Assembly: GCF_032444005.1 (NCBI RefSeq)
Contig: NC_091289.1
Span: 10,354,001 to 10,418,000 of the forward strand
DNA: 64,000 nucleotides
Reading direction: 5' to 3'
From: Ranitomeya imitator
Lineage: Eukaryota
Shown: positions 14,530 through 26,689 of the stretch, piece after piece
Layout: each line of letters starts with the position of its first letter
How positions within the stretch are numbered: position 1 is the first letter of the stretch
Program-made: the position numbers and the translations under genes
The notes under the pieces: model-generated
What the model was told of the DNA's origin: nothing
What the model saw: only the letters and a program-made list of their open reading frames with translations
Databases searched by the model: none

Positions 14530-15000
14530 AAAGTTTGGGCACCCTGCATGGTCAGTACCTAGTAGTGCCCCTTATGAAAGTATCACAGCTTGTAAATGCT
14601 TCTTGTAGTCAGACAAGAGTCTTTCAATTGAGGAATGTTCGTCCATTCTTCCTTAAAGAATTCCTCCAGTTCTGTGAGATTCCTGTGTTGTTTTGCTTCC
14701 TCTGCTATTTTGAGGTCTAGCCACAGATTTTCAATGATGATCAGATCAGAGGACTGTGAGGGCCATTGTAAAACCTTCATCTTGTGCCCTTTGAGGTCCT
14801 CTATTGTGAATTCTGACGTCTGTTTAGGATCATTATCCATTTGTAGAAACCATCCTCTTCCTCTTTTCAACTGCAGCCTTTTTACAGACCGCATTATGTT
14901 TGCATTAAAAAATTATTAAATTTCACTAAATCCATTTTTCCCCCCTATCTGTGAAATGTTCCCTGTGCCATTGGCTGCAGCACATCCCCAAAGTAATGAT
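14530..15000 (-). mobile_element. Degenerate Tc1/mariner transposase fragment in CHCHD4 intron 2
   Basis: Minus ORF with QMDNDPKQ...WPSQSSDLIIIENLW (second D and E of DD34E); ends approximate. Confidence 0.8.
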
Positions 15001-15032
15001 ACGTCACTAACTTTAAATGTGTTTTTTTTCAG

Positions 15033-15325
15033 GTTTGATTCTCCCCAATGGAGACATTAACTGGAATTGTCCATGCCTTGGGGGAATGGCCAGCGGACCA
15101 TGCGGGGAGCAATTCAAAGCTGCCTTCTCCTGCTTCCACTACAGCCAGGAGGAGGTGAAGGGCTCAGACTGCCTGGACCAATTTCGAGGGATGCAGGAGT
15201 GTATGCAGAAGTACCCCGACCTCTACCCCCAGGAGGACGAAGACGAGGACAACAAAGACAAGCTGAGCCCAGAACTGGCACCTACAGAAGCCTCCCCTGT
15301 GACTGTAGAGGAGTCATCCAGCTAA
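15033..15325 (+). CDS. CHCHD4: CHCHD4 coding exon 3 (CPC + twin CX9C), stop TAA; total 137 aa
   Basis: [66 protein letters not shown]; ttttcag acceptor. Confidence 0.97.
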
Positions 15326-16165
15326 TGTAAAGGAAGGGGGCGCCGCCTCCAAGATTTTACCTCCCACTGTTGTATGGACCATGACCTACCCCTCCACTGT
15401 CTTATATAGGGCCCTACTGGAGCATGATGCAGGAGGTCACCCACAGCTGGAGATCACCGCGAAGAACGCTTCCCTTTCTAAGGAAAAAGACAACAGGTTA
15501 ATTTAACCAATTATTGAAATATCTGATTCTGGGAAAGCTGGGATTCAGCCCGTTTGGCCTTTACAGCTGTCAGAGCACGAACAGCGGCCATATTGGTGAC
15601 CACCCAGCCTTTCCAGATCCAATTATGTAAGAGGGACGATCAGGGGCTTTGTTGTGGGTTTCATATTATTTTCCATGATTTTGGTTCGCTCCTCACTGTC
15701 TTTTCACTGGGTATGGACATAATGAAGATCTGTGGAGGAGCAGATAACACCCGCCTGTGCCTCAATCCTGACACCCACCGCTGCCGCCTCTCCTGAATGC
15801 ACTGAATATAGCAGGCTCCATATCTGTGGATCACGTGCAGCGTTTGTGACTTGAACGTATTAAATCTCTTTCTACCTTATACCAATATTCCTCGTTATAT
15901 TTTTTTAATCTTTTTACTTTTCAGATTTTATATAATTTTGCAGTTAAGTCCCGGAGTCACAAACTACAACACCCATCATGTCCTCACAGCCTTTGACCAT
16001 CCTGTCATGCAGGGAGTTGTAGTTTTCCAGGCACTGGTGAACCACAGGGTAGTGACCATTGCTATGGACTCAGATGGTGGAGAACTATTGACAAGCACTG
16101 TGAACACTTCGGGAGTTGTCAGGCCATGGAGGCCAATGCTTGGTCCGGGTCTGATGAGTAATCAT

Positions 16166-16474
16166 TAGTGATGAGCGAATATACTCGTTGCTCGGGTTTT
16201 CCAGAGCGTACTCAGGTGGTCTCCGAGTATTTGTGAATGCTCGGAGATTTAGTTTATCACCTCAGCAGCATGATGTACAGTTACTAGCCAGCCTGAGTAC
16301 ATGTGGGGGTTGCCTGGTTGCTAGGGAATCCCCACATGTAATCAAGCTGGCTAGCAGCCGCAAACCATGCAGCTGGGGCAAGGAAAACTAAATGTCCGAG
16401 CAGTCATAAATACTCGGAGACCACCCAAGCGTGCTCTAGAAAACCTGAGCAACGAGTATATTCGCTCATCACTA
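16166..16474. mobile_element. hAT-type MITE (309 bp)
   Basis: TIR tagtgatgagcgaatatactcgttgctc / gagcaacgagtatattcgctcatcacta; flanking 8-mers gtaatcat vs ataatcaa (6/8, decayed TSD). Confidence 0.75.
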
Positions 16475-16829
16475 ATAATCAAATTTGTAACTTAAAAACA
16501 TTGTGTTCAAACTACTCACCATTTTTAAACTTCTGTTTGCTGTTAGTGAATGGGAACATTATAGTTTATATTTAGAGGAGTCTCACAGCTGAGTGTTTGT
16601 TACAATCTACCACTGCTATAAACACATCAGCAGCTCATATTTCTCTACTGTCTTAATACATTTATTGTATTAACTTGGAGTCTTGGCTGTGAAGCAGAAT
16701 TAAGGATACAGCTCTGGAGATGGACTATGCAAAAAATAGAATGTTATTCATGAGGTTTACAAGATTTTTACAAAGTTCAAAATGTCATATAGATTTAATT
16801 TGCAGTGTTAGTGTAATCCAGTAACAGTA

Positions 16830-17120
16830 CATGATGGAGACGGCAGGGGGTGTATTACACATGGTAGAATTTGATACTGCATCTCAGCAGACAGTACCAC
16901 ACATAATAGATATACAGCACTGCAGACAGTATCACATGTAGTAAGATTAGATACACAGCTCAGCACAGTACCACACATGGTAGGATTAGATACTACGTCT
17001 CGGCACACATAAAAGGATCAGATACACAGCTAAGCAGACAGTGTCACACATCGGATTAGACACTGTCTGCTGAGATGCTGCATCACACACGATAAGATTA
17101 GATACACCGGCTGAGCAGCA
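16830..17120. repeat. Degenerate ~45-bp tandem repeat (attagatacacagctcagcagacagtaccacacatg-like)
   Basis: About 6 imperfect copies of agattagatacacagct...cagtaccacaca. Confidence 0.6.
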
Positions 17121-17923
17121 CAAAGTCCCTCCGGTGATTTGGGGCTAGTCACTTGGTAATCACTCTCCTTCAGTCAGAAATGTTTAAATAACTTTAATTT
17201 ACAGTTAAGTACAAAAGAAGCGAGTTTTAGCCGTGCTCCGTGAATACCGCCATCGGGTGCACAAAAAACCCTGAAGCCTATTTATAATTTACAGGAGGAG
17301 GAACCTGAGCACAGATCCTAAGGTTGGAATAGCCAGAATACATAAGATATAGTGAGAAAATCCCAAGGGATGGGGAATTTTGATTGGCTGCCCTTCATAC
17401 AAATCAGACAGAATCAGGCCCACAATAATCATAGCCTGTATTCACGGTTGTTTGTACCCGCTATCCCCACCCCATTTATGGTGCAGCAGAAAGCAGCTAT
17501 TGCTCCCTGTCATCAGCCATTTCACGTTGGGCAGAGGTGGACTATAATGTTCGGGGGACACCGCCCTGCCCCCATGATCACCATCTCGGCTCTGGAGATA
17601 TTTCCATCCATAGGTGACTGTTATCAGCCCCTCTTATGTCACCGCTGCACTCCATAATGTCCACCGCCCACGTCGGTCTTTGGTTGCCTTCTGGTTTCTC
17701 CGTGCCCCATTGTACGATCTTCATGATCTCCACATCCAGCGCACTCCCTGGTAATAAAACATCCGTCCGCAGCCGTCACGTGGGGTACAAGCAGCCGATC
17801 GCAGCACTGGAGGCGTCCTGGGATCGTCGGAGGAGGAGGAAGCTCGGCCTAGGAGTTCCTTGTGCACGGAGGGAGATCTACACTACTGCCAGAGAGAAGA
17901 AAAAGGATCAAGTCCGCCGAGAT

Positions 17924-18060
17924 CTATTTACATCCGGAGCGGAGGAAGTCGATGGCCTGCTTGGCCCAGGCGGCCTTCCAGGGCTTCACCAGACTGTTCA
18001 TATTGACCAGCAGCTTGTTATTCCGGGTGTCCTCGGGTCCGGCTATTAGGTAGTCTACAC
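17924..18060 (-). CDS. Netrin-4-like exon 10 (NTR/C345C C-terminus, stop TAG)
   Basis: 137 nt, GVDYLIAGPEDTRNNKLLVNMNSLVKPWKAAWAKQAIDFLRSGCK*; cf. NTN4 GLEYLVAGHEDIRTGKLIVNMKSFVQHWK. Confidence 0.92.
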
Positions 18061-19031
18061 CTGAAAGACAGCACACAATGTATCAGCTTTATTCCACATC
18101 TTTACTTACAATGAATGGAAATGTAACATCTGCACAGACATCAAACTTCTCACAGCGGATGTTTTGTCACATTTGTATCCTGTCTACGCAGTTTGAGTGT
18201 GTGGATTCTAATGGTCGTCTCCTTTTGGTGAGTGCAGGACATCTGGACCGAGGATGAAGATTAGTTTTTTTATTGCATACATAAAGTAAATATTAAGATA
18301 TTATCGGAGTTCAAAATAAACTCAGACTTTCAGTAAATGTCCCTTGTACATAGCAGCCGCTGTTAGTGAATCCGTTTCAGGCCAGGGTCACACAAGCGGA
18401 TTTTCTTTGATCTGAGAAAACCGGATGCAAGTCGTACGTGCTGCAATTTTTTATTTTTTCCCAGAGAAAAAAAAAACCTGACGTGTACGGCCACATAGGC
18501 TAACATCAGCATTAGTCCAAGGGCAATGCAAAGTATTGTCGGATCGCACTCAGACCAAAAATCTGGTCACCTGCACGGACCCTTACACAGATCTGATCTT
18601 TAGTCATTCACAGGAATATCCCCATTCAGCGGCAGCAAGCAGAGATCTTAGAGAGGTAAGGAGGAAAAGAACGATTGATGCTGCAAACGAAAAGTGAAGC
18701 CGTGACTATAAATCGCAACCCATCAGATTCCATAGCTAATTTTGCAAGTTTGTATGTGAAAATTGCAGACGCAATCAGGTTGGTTACTATAAGAAAATCA
18801 CTTTTTTTTCCACATTTCGATAACGTGGAGGATATTTATCAAAAGTAAATTGCAGAATCTGCGTCGGACAATCCCTTCTGTTCGATGTCCTCCCCAAATA
18901 AAGGATAATTACAGAGATAATCCCCAGTGATCAGATGAGATCTGGGAAGGAACCAGCAGCAAGTGATTCATTTGCCTGCAGCGCCTCCACAGGGAAAATG
19001 AGGTATTACATGTGCCCATTAAACTAATTAA

Positions 19032-19842
19032 AGGGAACCTGTCACCCCGTTTTTTGAGATTGAGCTATAAATACTGTTAAATAGGGCCTGCGCTGTGTGT
19101 TCCTATAGTGTATGTAGTGTACCCCGATTCCCCATGTATGCTGAGAAATAACTTACCAAAGTCGCCGTTTTCGCCTGTCAATCAGGCTGGTCAGGTCGGG
19201 AGGGCGTGGTGACATCGGTGGTTCTTCCTCAGCTTTACGTTGGTGGCGTAGTGGCGTAGTGGTGAAGACACAGCGCGCGATCTGCGCTGTAATCCCTTGC
19301 ATCGGTGGGGGCGGCCATCTTCCTGGGGCCGCGCGTGCGCAGATCGAGTGCTCAGCTGCACGGGGCTTCAGGAAAATGGCCGCGGGATGCCGCGCGTGCG
19401 CATTAGAGATCGCGGCGGCCATTTTCCCAAAGCCGAGATGCAAACTCGGCTTTGGGAAAATGGCCGCCGCGATCTCTAATGCGCACGCGCGGCATCCCGC
19501 GGCCATTTTCCTGAAGCCCAGTGCAGCAGAGCACTCGATCTGCGCACGCGCGGCCCCAGGAAGATGGCCGCCCCCACCGATGCAAGGGATTACAGCGCAG
19601 ATCGCGCGCTGTGTCTTCACCACTACGCCACCAACGTAAAGCTGAGGAAGAACCACCGATGTCACCACGCCCTCCCGACCTGACCAGCCTGATTGACAGG
19701 CGAAAACGGCGACTTTGGTAAGTTATTTCTCAGCATACATGGGGAATCGGGGTACACTACATACACTATAGGAACACACAGCGCAGGCCCTATTTAACAG
19801 TATTTATAGCTCAATCTCAAAAAACGGGGTGACAGGTTCCCT
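19032..19842. mobile_element. T2/Kolobok-type fold-back MITE (811 bp, near-perfect palindrome)
   Basis: TTAA TSD both sides, agggaacctgtcacc termini; arms mirror to a central loop at ~19438-19444. Confidence 0.92.
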
Positions 19843-20459
19843 TTAAGGTACAGACATTTTGGGTCCTCCAATAGATGAAGTCCGTAGAATCTCCAGCTTC
19901 ATCTCTCTTCTAACAAACTAACAATTCAATGTTCTCCAAAGTGTATTAGTAGATATCCAGGAAAATCCCCAACTATCTGGCACCAGGATAAACCATCAGA
20001 AGTAGGCGTACTATGCCCAGGGTCTGCCACCTTCAGTTCTCCGAGAGCTGACCTGTCCGAAAACTGCACATGAACAGCCCGATTCATTCCGTTCAACTTG
20101 TGGAATGAGACTTTAGGACAAGAGACAGAAGCAACTGATCTTGTGTCCCCAAGAGGCCAGACCTGTCCCGAACAGAAAGGGCACTGTGTCCATCAGCGAT
20201 TTCTGGGAGAGACTGAAACGCTGCCATTTACTGCAAGGCTGCCAGTCCTGACCCTTTAAGTACTGAACGACCCTGTGCCCACCAGATTCTACATCCTTTT
20301 CAGCTTTGGATGAGCTCATAGGAAACTCTGTGTTCTGTCAGGTCTTTATTCTGGAATAAAGCTCCAAATCTTCTGCATGCACAGAATTATATATGTAATC
20401 GTTTTGCCTACACCCACTACTAGAGTAGGTACACTCATTATGGGATCAGTATACTTCTG

Positions 20460-21917
20460 TCTGCAGGGAGCTCCCCCTAGTGGTGACTGCAGACAGGATC
20501 TTATCATGTATCTCTGTATACAGGGAGCTCCCCCTAGTGGTGACTGCAGACAGGATCTTATCATATATCTCTGTATACAGGGAGCTCCCCCTAGTGGTGA
20601 CTGCAGACAGGATCTTATCATGTATCTCTGTATACAGGGAGCTCCCCCTAGTGGTGACTTATGTGACAGGATGTTATGTATCTATATACACGGAGCTCCC
20701 CCTAGTGGTGCCTGCAGACAGGATCTTATCATATATCTCTGTATACAGGGAGCTCCCCCTAGTGGTGACTGCAGACAGGATCTTATCATGTATCTCTGTA
20801 TACAGGGAGCTCCCCCTAGTGGTGACTGCAGACAGGATCTTATCATGTATCTCTGTATACAGGGAGCTCCCCCTAGTGGTGACTTATGTGACAGGATGTT
20901 ATGTATCTCTATATACACGGAGCTCCCCCTAGTGGTGCCTGCAGACAGGATCTTATCATGTATCTCTGTATACAGGGAGCTCCCCCTAGTGGTGACTGCA
21001 GACAGGATCTTATCATATATCTCTGTATACAGGGAGCTCCCCCTAGTGGTGACTGCAGACAGGATCTTATCATGTATCTCTGTATACAGGGAGCTCCCCC
21101 TAGTGGTGACTTATGTGACAGGATGTTATGTATCTCTATATACAGGGAGCTCCCCCTAGTGGTGACATGACAGGATGTTATCATGTATCTCTATATACAG
21201 GGAGCTCCCCCTAGTGGTGGCTGCAGACAGGATCTTATCATGTATCTCCCTATACATGGAGCTCCCCCTAAAGGTGGCTGCAGACAGGATCTTATGTATC
21301 TCTGTATACAGGGAGCTCCCCCTAGTGGTGGATGCAGACAGGATCCTATCATGTATCTCTGTTCACAAGGAGCTCCCCCTAGTGGTGACTGCAGACAGGA
21401 TCTTATCATGTATCTCTGTATACAGGGAGCTCCCCCTAGTGGTGGCTGCAGACAGGATCTTATCATGTATCTCTGTATACAGGGAGCTCCCCCTAGTGGT
21501 GACTGCAGACAGGATCTTATCATGTATCTCTGTATACAGGGAGCTCCCCCTAGTGGTGACTGCAGACAGGATCTTATGTATCTCTGTATACAGGGAGCTC
21601 CCCCTAGTGGAGGCTGCAGACAGAATCTTATCATGTGTCTCTGTATACAGGGAGCTCCCCCTAGTGGTGACTGCAGACAGGGTCTTATCATGTATCTCTG
21701 TATACAGGGAGCTCCCCCTAGTGGTGGCTGCAGACAGGATCTTATCATGTATCTCTGTATACAGGGAGCTCCCCCTAGTGGTGACTGCAGACAGGATCTT
21801 ATCATGTATCTCTGTATACAGGGAGCTCCCCCTAGTGGTGGCTTCAGACACGATCTTATCATGTATCTCTGTACACAAGGAGCTCCCCCTAGTGGTAGCT
21901 GCCGACAGGATGTGATG
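20460..21917. repeat. 57-bp minisatellite, left block (~25 units), CTCF-like motif on minus strand
   Basis: Unit cagggagctccccctagtggtgactgcagacaggatcttatcatgtatctctgtata. Confidence 0.96.
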
Positions 21918-21919
21918 TA

Positions 21920-23537
21920 CAGTACAGACCAAAAGTTTGGACACACCTAATTTAAAGATTTTTCTGTATTTTCATGACTATGAAAATTGTACATTCACAC
22001 TGAAGGCATCAAAACTATGAATTAACATATATGGAATTATATACTTAACAAAAAAGTGTGAAACAACTGAAATTATGTCTTATATTCTAGGTTCTTCAAA
22101 GTAGCCACTTTTTGCTTTGATGACTGCTTTGCACACTCTTGGCATTCTCTTGATGAGCTTCAGGAGGTAGTCACCGGGAATGGTCTTCCAACAATCTTGA
22201 AGGAGTTCCCAGAGATGCTTAGCACTTGTTGGCCCTTTTGCCTTCACTCTGCGGTCCAGCTCACCCCAAACCATCTCGATTGGGTTCAGGTCTGGTGACT
22301 GTGGGGGGCCAGGTCATCTGGGCGTAGCATCCCATCACTCTCCTTCTTGGTCAAATAGCCCTTACACAGCCTGGAGGTGTGTTTGGGGTCATTGTTCTGT
22401 TGAAAAATAAATGATGGTCCAACTAAACGCAAACCGGATGGAATAGCATGCCGCTGCAAAATGCTGTGGTAGCCATGCTGGTTCAGTATGTCTTCAATTT
22501 TTAATAAATCCCCAACAGTGTCACCAGCAAAGCCCCCCCACACCATCACACCTCCTCCTCCATGCTTCACGGTGGGAACCAGGCATGTAGAGTCCATCCG
22601 TTCACCTTTTCTGCATCGCACAAAGACACGGTGGTTGGAACCAAAGATCTCAAATTTGGACTCATCAGACCAAAGCACAGATTTCCACTGGTCTAATGTC
22701 CATTCCTTGTGTTCTTTAGCCCAAACAAGTCTCTTCTGCTTGTTGCCCGTCCTTAGCAGTGGTTTCCTAGCAGCTATTTTACCATGAAGGCTGCTGCACA
22801 AAGTCTCCTCTTAACAGTTGTTGTAGAGATGTGTCTGCTGCTAGAACTCTGTGTGGCATAGACCTGGTCTCTAATCTGAGCTGCTGTTAACCTGCGATTT
22901 CTGAGGCTGGTGACTCGGATAAACTTATCCTCAGAAGCAGAGGTGACTCTTGGTCTTCCTTTCCTGGGGCAATCCTCATGTGAGCCAGTTTCTTTGTAGC
23001 GCTTGATGGTTTTTGCTACTGCACTTGGGGACACTTTCAAAGTTTTCCCAATTTTCCAGACTGACTGACCTTAATTTCTTAAAGTAATGATGGCCACTCA
23101 TTTTTCTTTACTTAGCTGTTGTTTTCTTGCCATAATACAAATTCTAAATTTCTAATATTCAGTAGGACTATCAGCTGTGTATCCACCAGACTTCTGCACA
23201 ACACAACTGATGGTCCCAACCCCATTTATAGGGCAAGAAATCCCACTTATTAAACCTGACAGGGCACACCTGTGAAGTGAAAACCATTTCTGGTGACTAT
23301 CTCTTGAAGCTCATGAAGAGAATGCCAAGAGTGGGCAAAGCAGTCATCAAAGCAAAAGGAAGAACCTAGAATATAAAACATTTTCAGTTTTTTCACACTT
23401 TTTTGTTAAGTATATAATTCCACATGTGTTAATTCATAGTTTTGATGCCTTCAGTGTGAATTTACAATTTTCATAGTCATGAAAATACAGAAAAATCTTT
23501 AAATGAGAAGGTGTGTCCAAACTTTTGGTCTGTACTG
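21920..23537 (-). mobile_element. Tc1-like transposon (1618 bp), transposase pseudogene, inserted in the 57-bp array
   Basis: TA TSD; ~260-bp TIRs starting cagtacagaccaaaagtttggacacacc; frameshifted fragments with WSDESKF, QQNNDPKH (D to N) and VWGELDRRV. Confidence 0.95.
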
Positions 23538-25100
23538 TATCTCTGTATACAGAGAGCTCCCCCTAGTGGTGGCTGCAGACAGGATCTTATCATGTATCTC
23601 TGTATACAGGGAGCTCCCCCTAGTGGTGACTGCAGACAGGATCTTATCATGTATCTCTGTATACAGGGAGCTCCCCCTAGTGGTGGCTGCAGACAAGATC
23701 TTATGCATCTCTGTATACAGGGAGCTCCCCCTAGTGGTGACTGCAGACAGGATCTTATCATGTATCTCTGTATACAGGGAGCTCCCCCTAGTGGTGGCTG
23801 CAGACAGGATCTTATCATGCATCTCTGTGTACAGGGAGCTCCCCCTAGTGGTGGCTGCAGACAGGATCTTATCATGTATCTCTGTATACAGGGAGCTCCC
23901 CCTAGTGGTGGCTGCAGACAAGATCTTATCATGCATCTCTGTATACAGGGAGCTCCCCCTAGTGGTGTCTGCAGACAAGATCTTATCATGTATCTCTGTA
24001 TACAGGGAGCTCCCCCTAGTGGTGTCTGCAGACAGGATCTTATCATGTATCTCTGTATACAGGGAGCTCCCCCTAGTGGTGACTGCAGACAGGATCTTAT
24101 GTATCTCTGTATACAGGGAGCGCCCCCCTAGTGGTGTATGCAGACAGGATCTTATCATGTATCTCTGTATACAGGGAGCTCCCCCTAGTGGTGGCTGCAG
24201 ACAGGATCTTATCATGTATCTCTGTATACAGGGAGCCCCCCCCTAGTGGTGACTGCAGACAGGATCTTATCATGTATCTCTTTATACAGGGAGCTCCCCC
24301 TAGTGGTGACTGCAGACAGGATCTTATCATGTATCTCTGTATACAGGGAGCTCCCCCTAGTGTCTGCAGACAAGATCTTATCATGTATCTCTGTATACAG
24401 GGAGCTCCCCCTAGTGGTGTCTGCAGACAGGATCTTATCATGTATCTCTGTATACAGGGAGCTCCCCCTAGTGGTGTCTGCAGACAAGATCTTATCATGT
24501 ATCTCTGTATACAGGGAGCTCCCCCTAGTGGTGGCTGCAGACAGGATCTTATCACGTATCTCTGTATACAGGGAGCTCCCCCTAGTGGTGTCTGCAGACA
24601 GGATCTTATCATGTATCTCTGTATACAGGGAGCTCCCCCTAGTGGTGGCTGCAGACAGGATCTTATCATGTATCTCTGTATACAGGGAGCTCCCCCTAGT
24701 GGTGGCTGCAGACAGGATCTTATCATGTATCTCTGTATACAGGGAGCTCCCCCTAGTGGTGGCTGCAGACAGGATCTTATCATGTATCTCTGTATACAGG
24801 GAGCTCCCCCTAGTGGTGGCTGCAGACAGGATCTTATCACGTATCTCTGTATACAGGGAGCTCCCCCTAGTGGTGTCTGCAGACAGGATCTTATCATGTA
24901 TCTCTGTATACAGGGAGCTCCCCCTAGTGGTGGCTGCAGACAGGATCTTATCATGTATCTCTGTATACAGGGAGCTCCCCCTAGTGGTGGCTGCAGACAG
25001 GATCTAGTCATGTATCTGTATAAAGAGAGCTCCCCTAGTTGTGGCTGTATAGAATATTATCATGCCTCTTTTTATACAAGGAGCTCCCCCTAGTGGTGGA
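23538..25100. repeat. 57-bp minisatellite, right block (~27 units), CTCF-like motif on minus strand
   Basis: Same unit resumes in register after the TA duplication. Confidence 0.96.
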
Positions 25101-25155
25101 TGCAGGATTCCAGATTTTATAATTTTCATTGCTGTTTCTAATATTTTGATGCTAC

Positions 25156-25326
25156 CTGGGTTAAGGATGGGGCACGTGCAGCCACGATTGGTCCATGATT
25201 CTGGATAGATGCTCCGGTTTTTCCGACCAATTTTCACTTTCCCTGATTTGAGGACTTTTCTCACTTTCACCACCACTTCTGCATGAGTGCCTTTATCATG
25301 TGCCGACAAAATTCTTGCTTTTATGA
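25156..25326 (-). CDS. Netrin-4-like exon 9 (NTR domain)
   Basis: 171 nt, VIKARILSAHDKGTHAEVVVKVRKVLKSGKVKIGRKNRSIYPESWTNRGCTCPILNP; AG/GT flanks, phase 1-1. Confidence 0.95.
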
Positions 25327-25737
25327 CTGCCAAAGAAAACAAAAAAAAAAAAAAAAAGATATAAATGCTTTCAAAGTTACATGGTGTTTTCTTCTCTACT
25401 CACATCCAAAGCTGCATTCAGAATTCTGCTGGTTACCGAAGAGTAGTGCATTGTGGGAGATCAGGCGACAGATACACAGCTAGGCCTCCGCTGTTAGGTC
25501 AGACGCTTCATTGTGTAGTGAAGAAATGTCATCTTGCAGGATTGTGAATGCAGCTTTGGGTGTGAATGGAGTATAAGACAATAATGAGATGTTGAGAACG
25601 TTTTCATATTCCTGGTGAATTAAATATGGCATTTCAATGTTCTCGGGTCAGAAATGTTGACGATTTATCAAGTACAAGATGGTATTTTACCATCGTTAAG
25701 ATCTGGAGGGCGCGGTGACATCCGATCTCCCACTTAC

Positions 25738-25806
25738 CGTACGCATATTTCATCTGGCAGAAATCCGTCATGCTCCCCAGCATCCGCTCCTTGCACACAC
25801 ACTTCT
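25738..25806 (-). CDS. Netrin-4-like exon 8
   Basis: 69 nt, EKCVCKERMLGSMTDFCQMKYAY; cf. NTN4 GKCECKEQTLGNAKAFCGMKYSY; G|gtaagt donor. Confidence 0.92.
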
Positions 25807-26220
25807 CTGGAGGACGCACGTCACGTGCCAGGTACATGAAAAAAAGAATTCAAGACGTCGGCCACTCGGTTATCAGGGCCAATCTGTGACCTGGCAGGTG
25901 TGAGGGACTACAAGTAACAGCATGGCTGGCAGCAGTGCTGGGTCCAGCGGTTTACAACATCTATAGTATGGTATAAATAGTGCCGCCACTTTCCATCATC
26001 TTTTAAAGTGACAGTACAGCTTTGAAGATCTATGCTTTTTTATTGAAGCATAGGACATATCACTGCAGAACTAGACACACGTTGCAATGATGGACAGTTG
26101 GGTGACAGGTTACATGTGGACACTACACTCATACCCGGTTATTTAACTGTGAGTTTTCCCTTTAAGAGAAGATCTTTTGTAACTTGGAGCCTCAGACTGT
26201 TACTTTTCATTGGCGGCTAC

Positions 26221-26354
26221 CTGGATGTCGCAGCGCGGAAAAGCCCTGTTCACTCGTCCACTTCCAGTCATCTTCACTGTCATTGGTCGGCAGGTCTATG
26301 ATGTCAGGAATCCGTCCACCAATAGGAATGTTTAAATAATGTTCATTGTCACTG
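26221..26354 (-). CDS. Netrin-4-like exon 7 (linker)
   Basis: 134 nt, SDNEHYLNIPIGGRIPDIIDLPTNDSEDDWKWTSEQGFSALRHP; cf. NTN4 WEWEDAQGFSALLHS; phases 2/1 fit neighbours; not in ORF track. Confidence 0.88.
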
Positions 26355-26434
26355 CTGCAAAACGATCGGTGACATCATCAGCGGAATCGGCAATATTGTT
26401 ATATTGTCAAATTATACAAAAAACAACAAGATAC

Positions 26435-26648
26435 CTGTTGCGACATTCCCCCGTGTCTGGGTCACAGTCTCTCGCACAGTCACATGGGCGGCAGCCATTG
26501 TCTCCAAATCCCCAGTATCCCGTCAAGCAGTGATCGCAGTATGGACCGGCCACACCGGGTTTGCAGTAACAGAAACCAGTTTTGGGGTTACACTTCCAAC
26601 TTTTGTTCAGCGTTTCATTTACAGAGCCGATAACATTACAGGGACATT
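26435..26648 (-). CDS. Netrin-4-like exon 6 (LE3)
   Basis: 214 nt, CPCNVIGS...[43 protein letters not shown]. Confidence 0.95.
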
Positions 26649-26689
26649 CTATAATAAAGATGATGAGAGCTATAGTACATATTGCTACA

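Noticed and set aside
17636-18053. Plus-strand ORFs of 137 and 63 aa
   Set aside because: Antisense shadows of netrin exon 10 and its 3' UTR
19153-19721. Mirror-image ORFs on both strands
   Set aside because: A product of the palindromic MITE
20377-25093. Long ORFs (CIQGAPPSGDCRQDLIMYL repeats) on both strands
   Set aside because: A 57-bp unit is a multiple of 3, so stop-free frames arise automatically; the array is intronic and split by a Tc1
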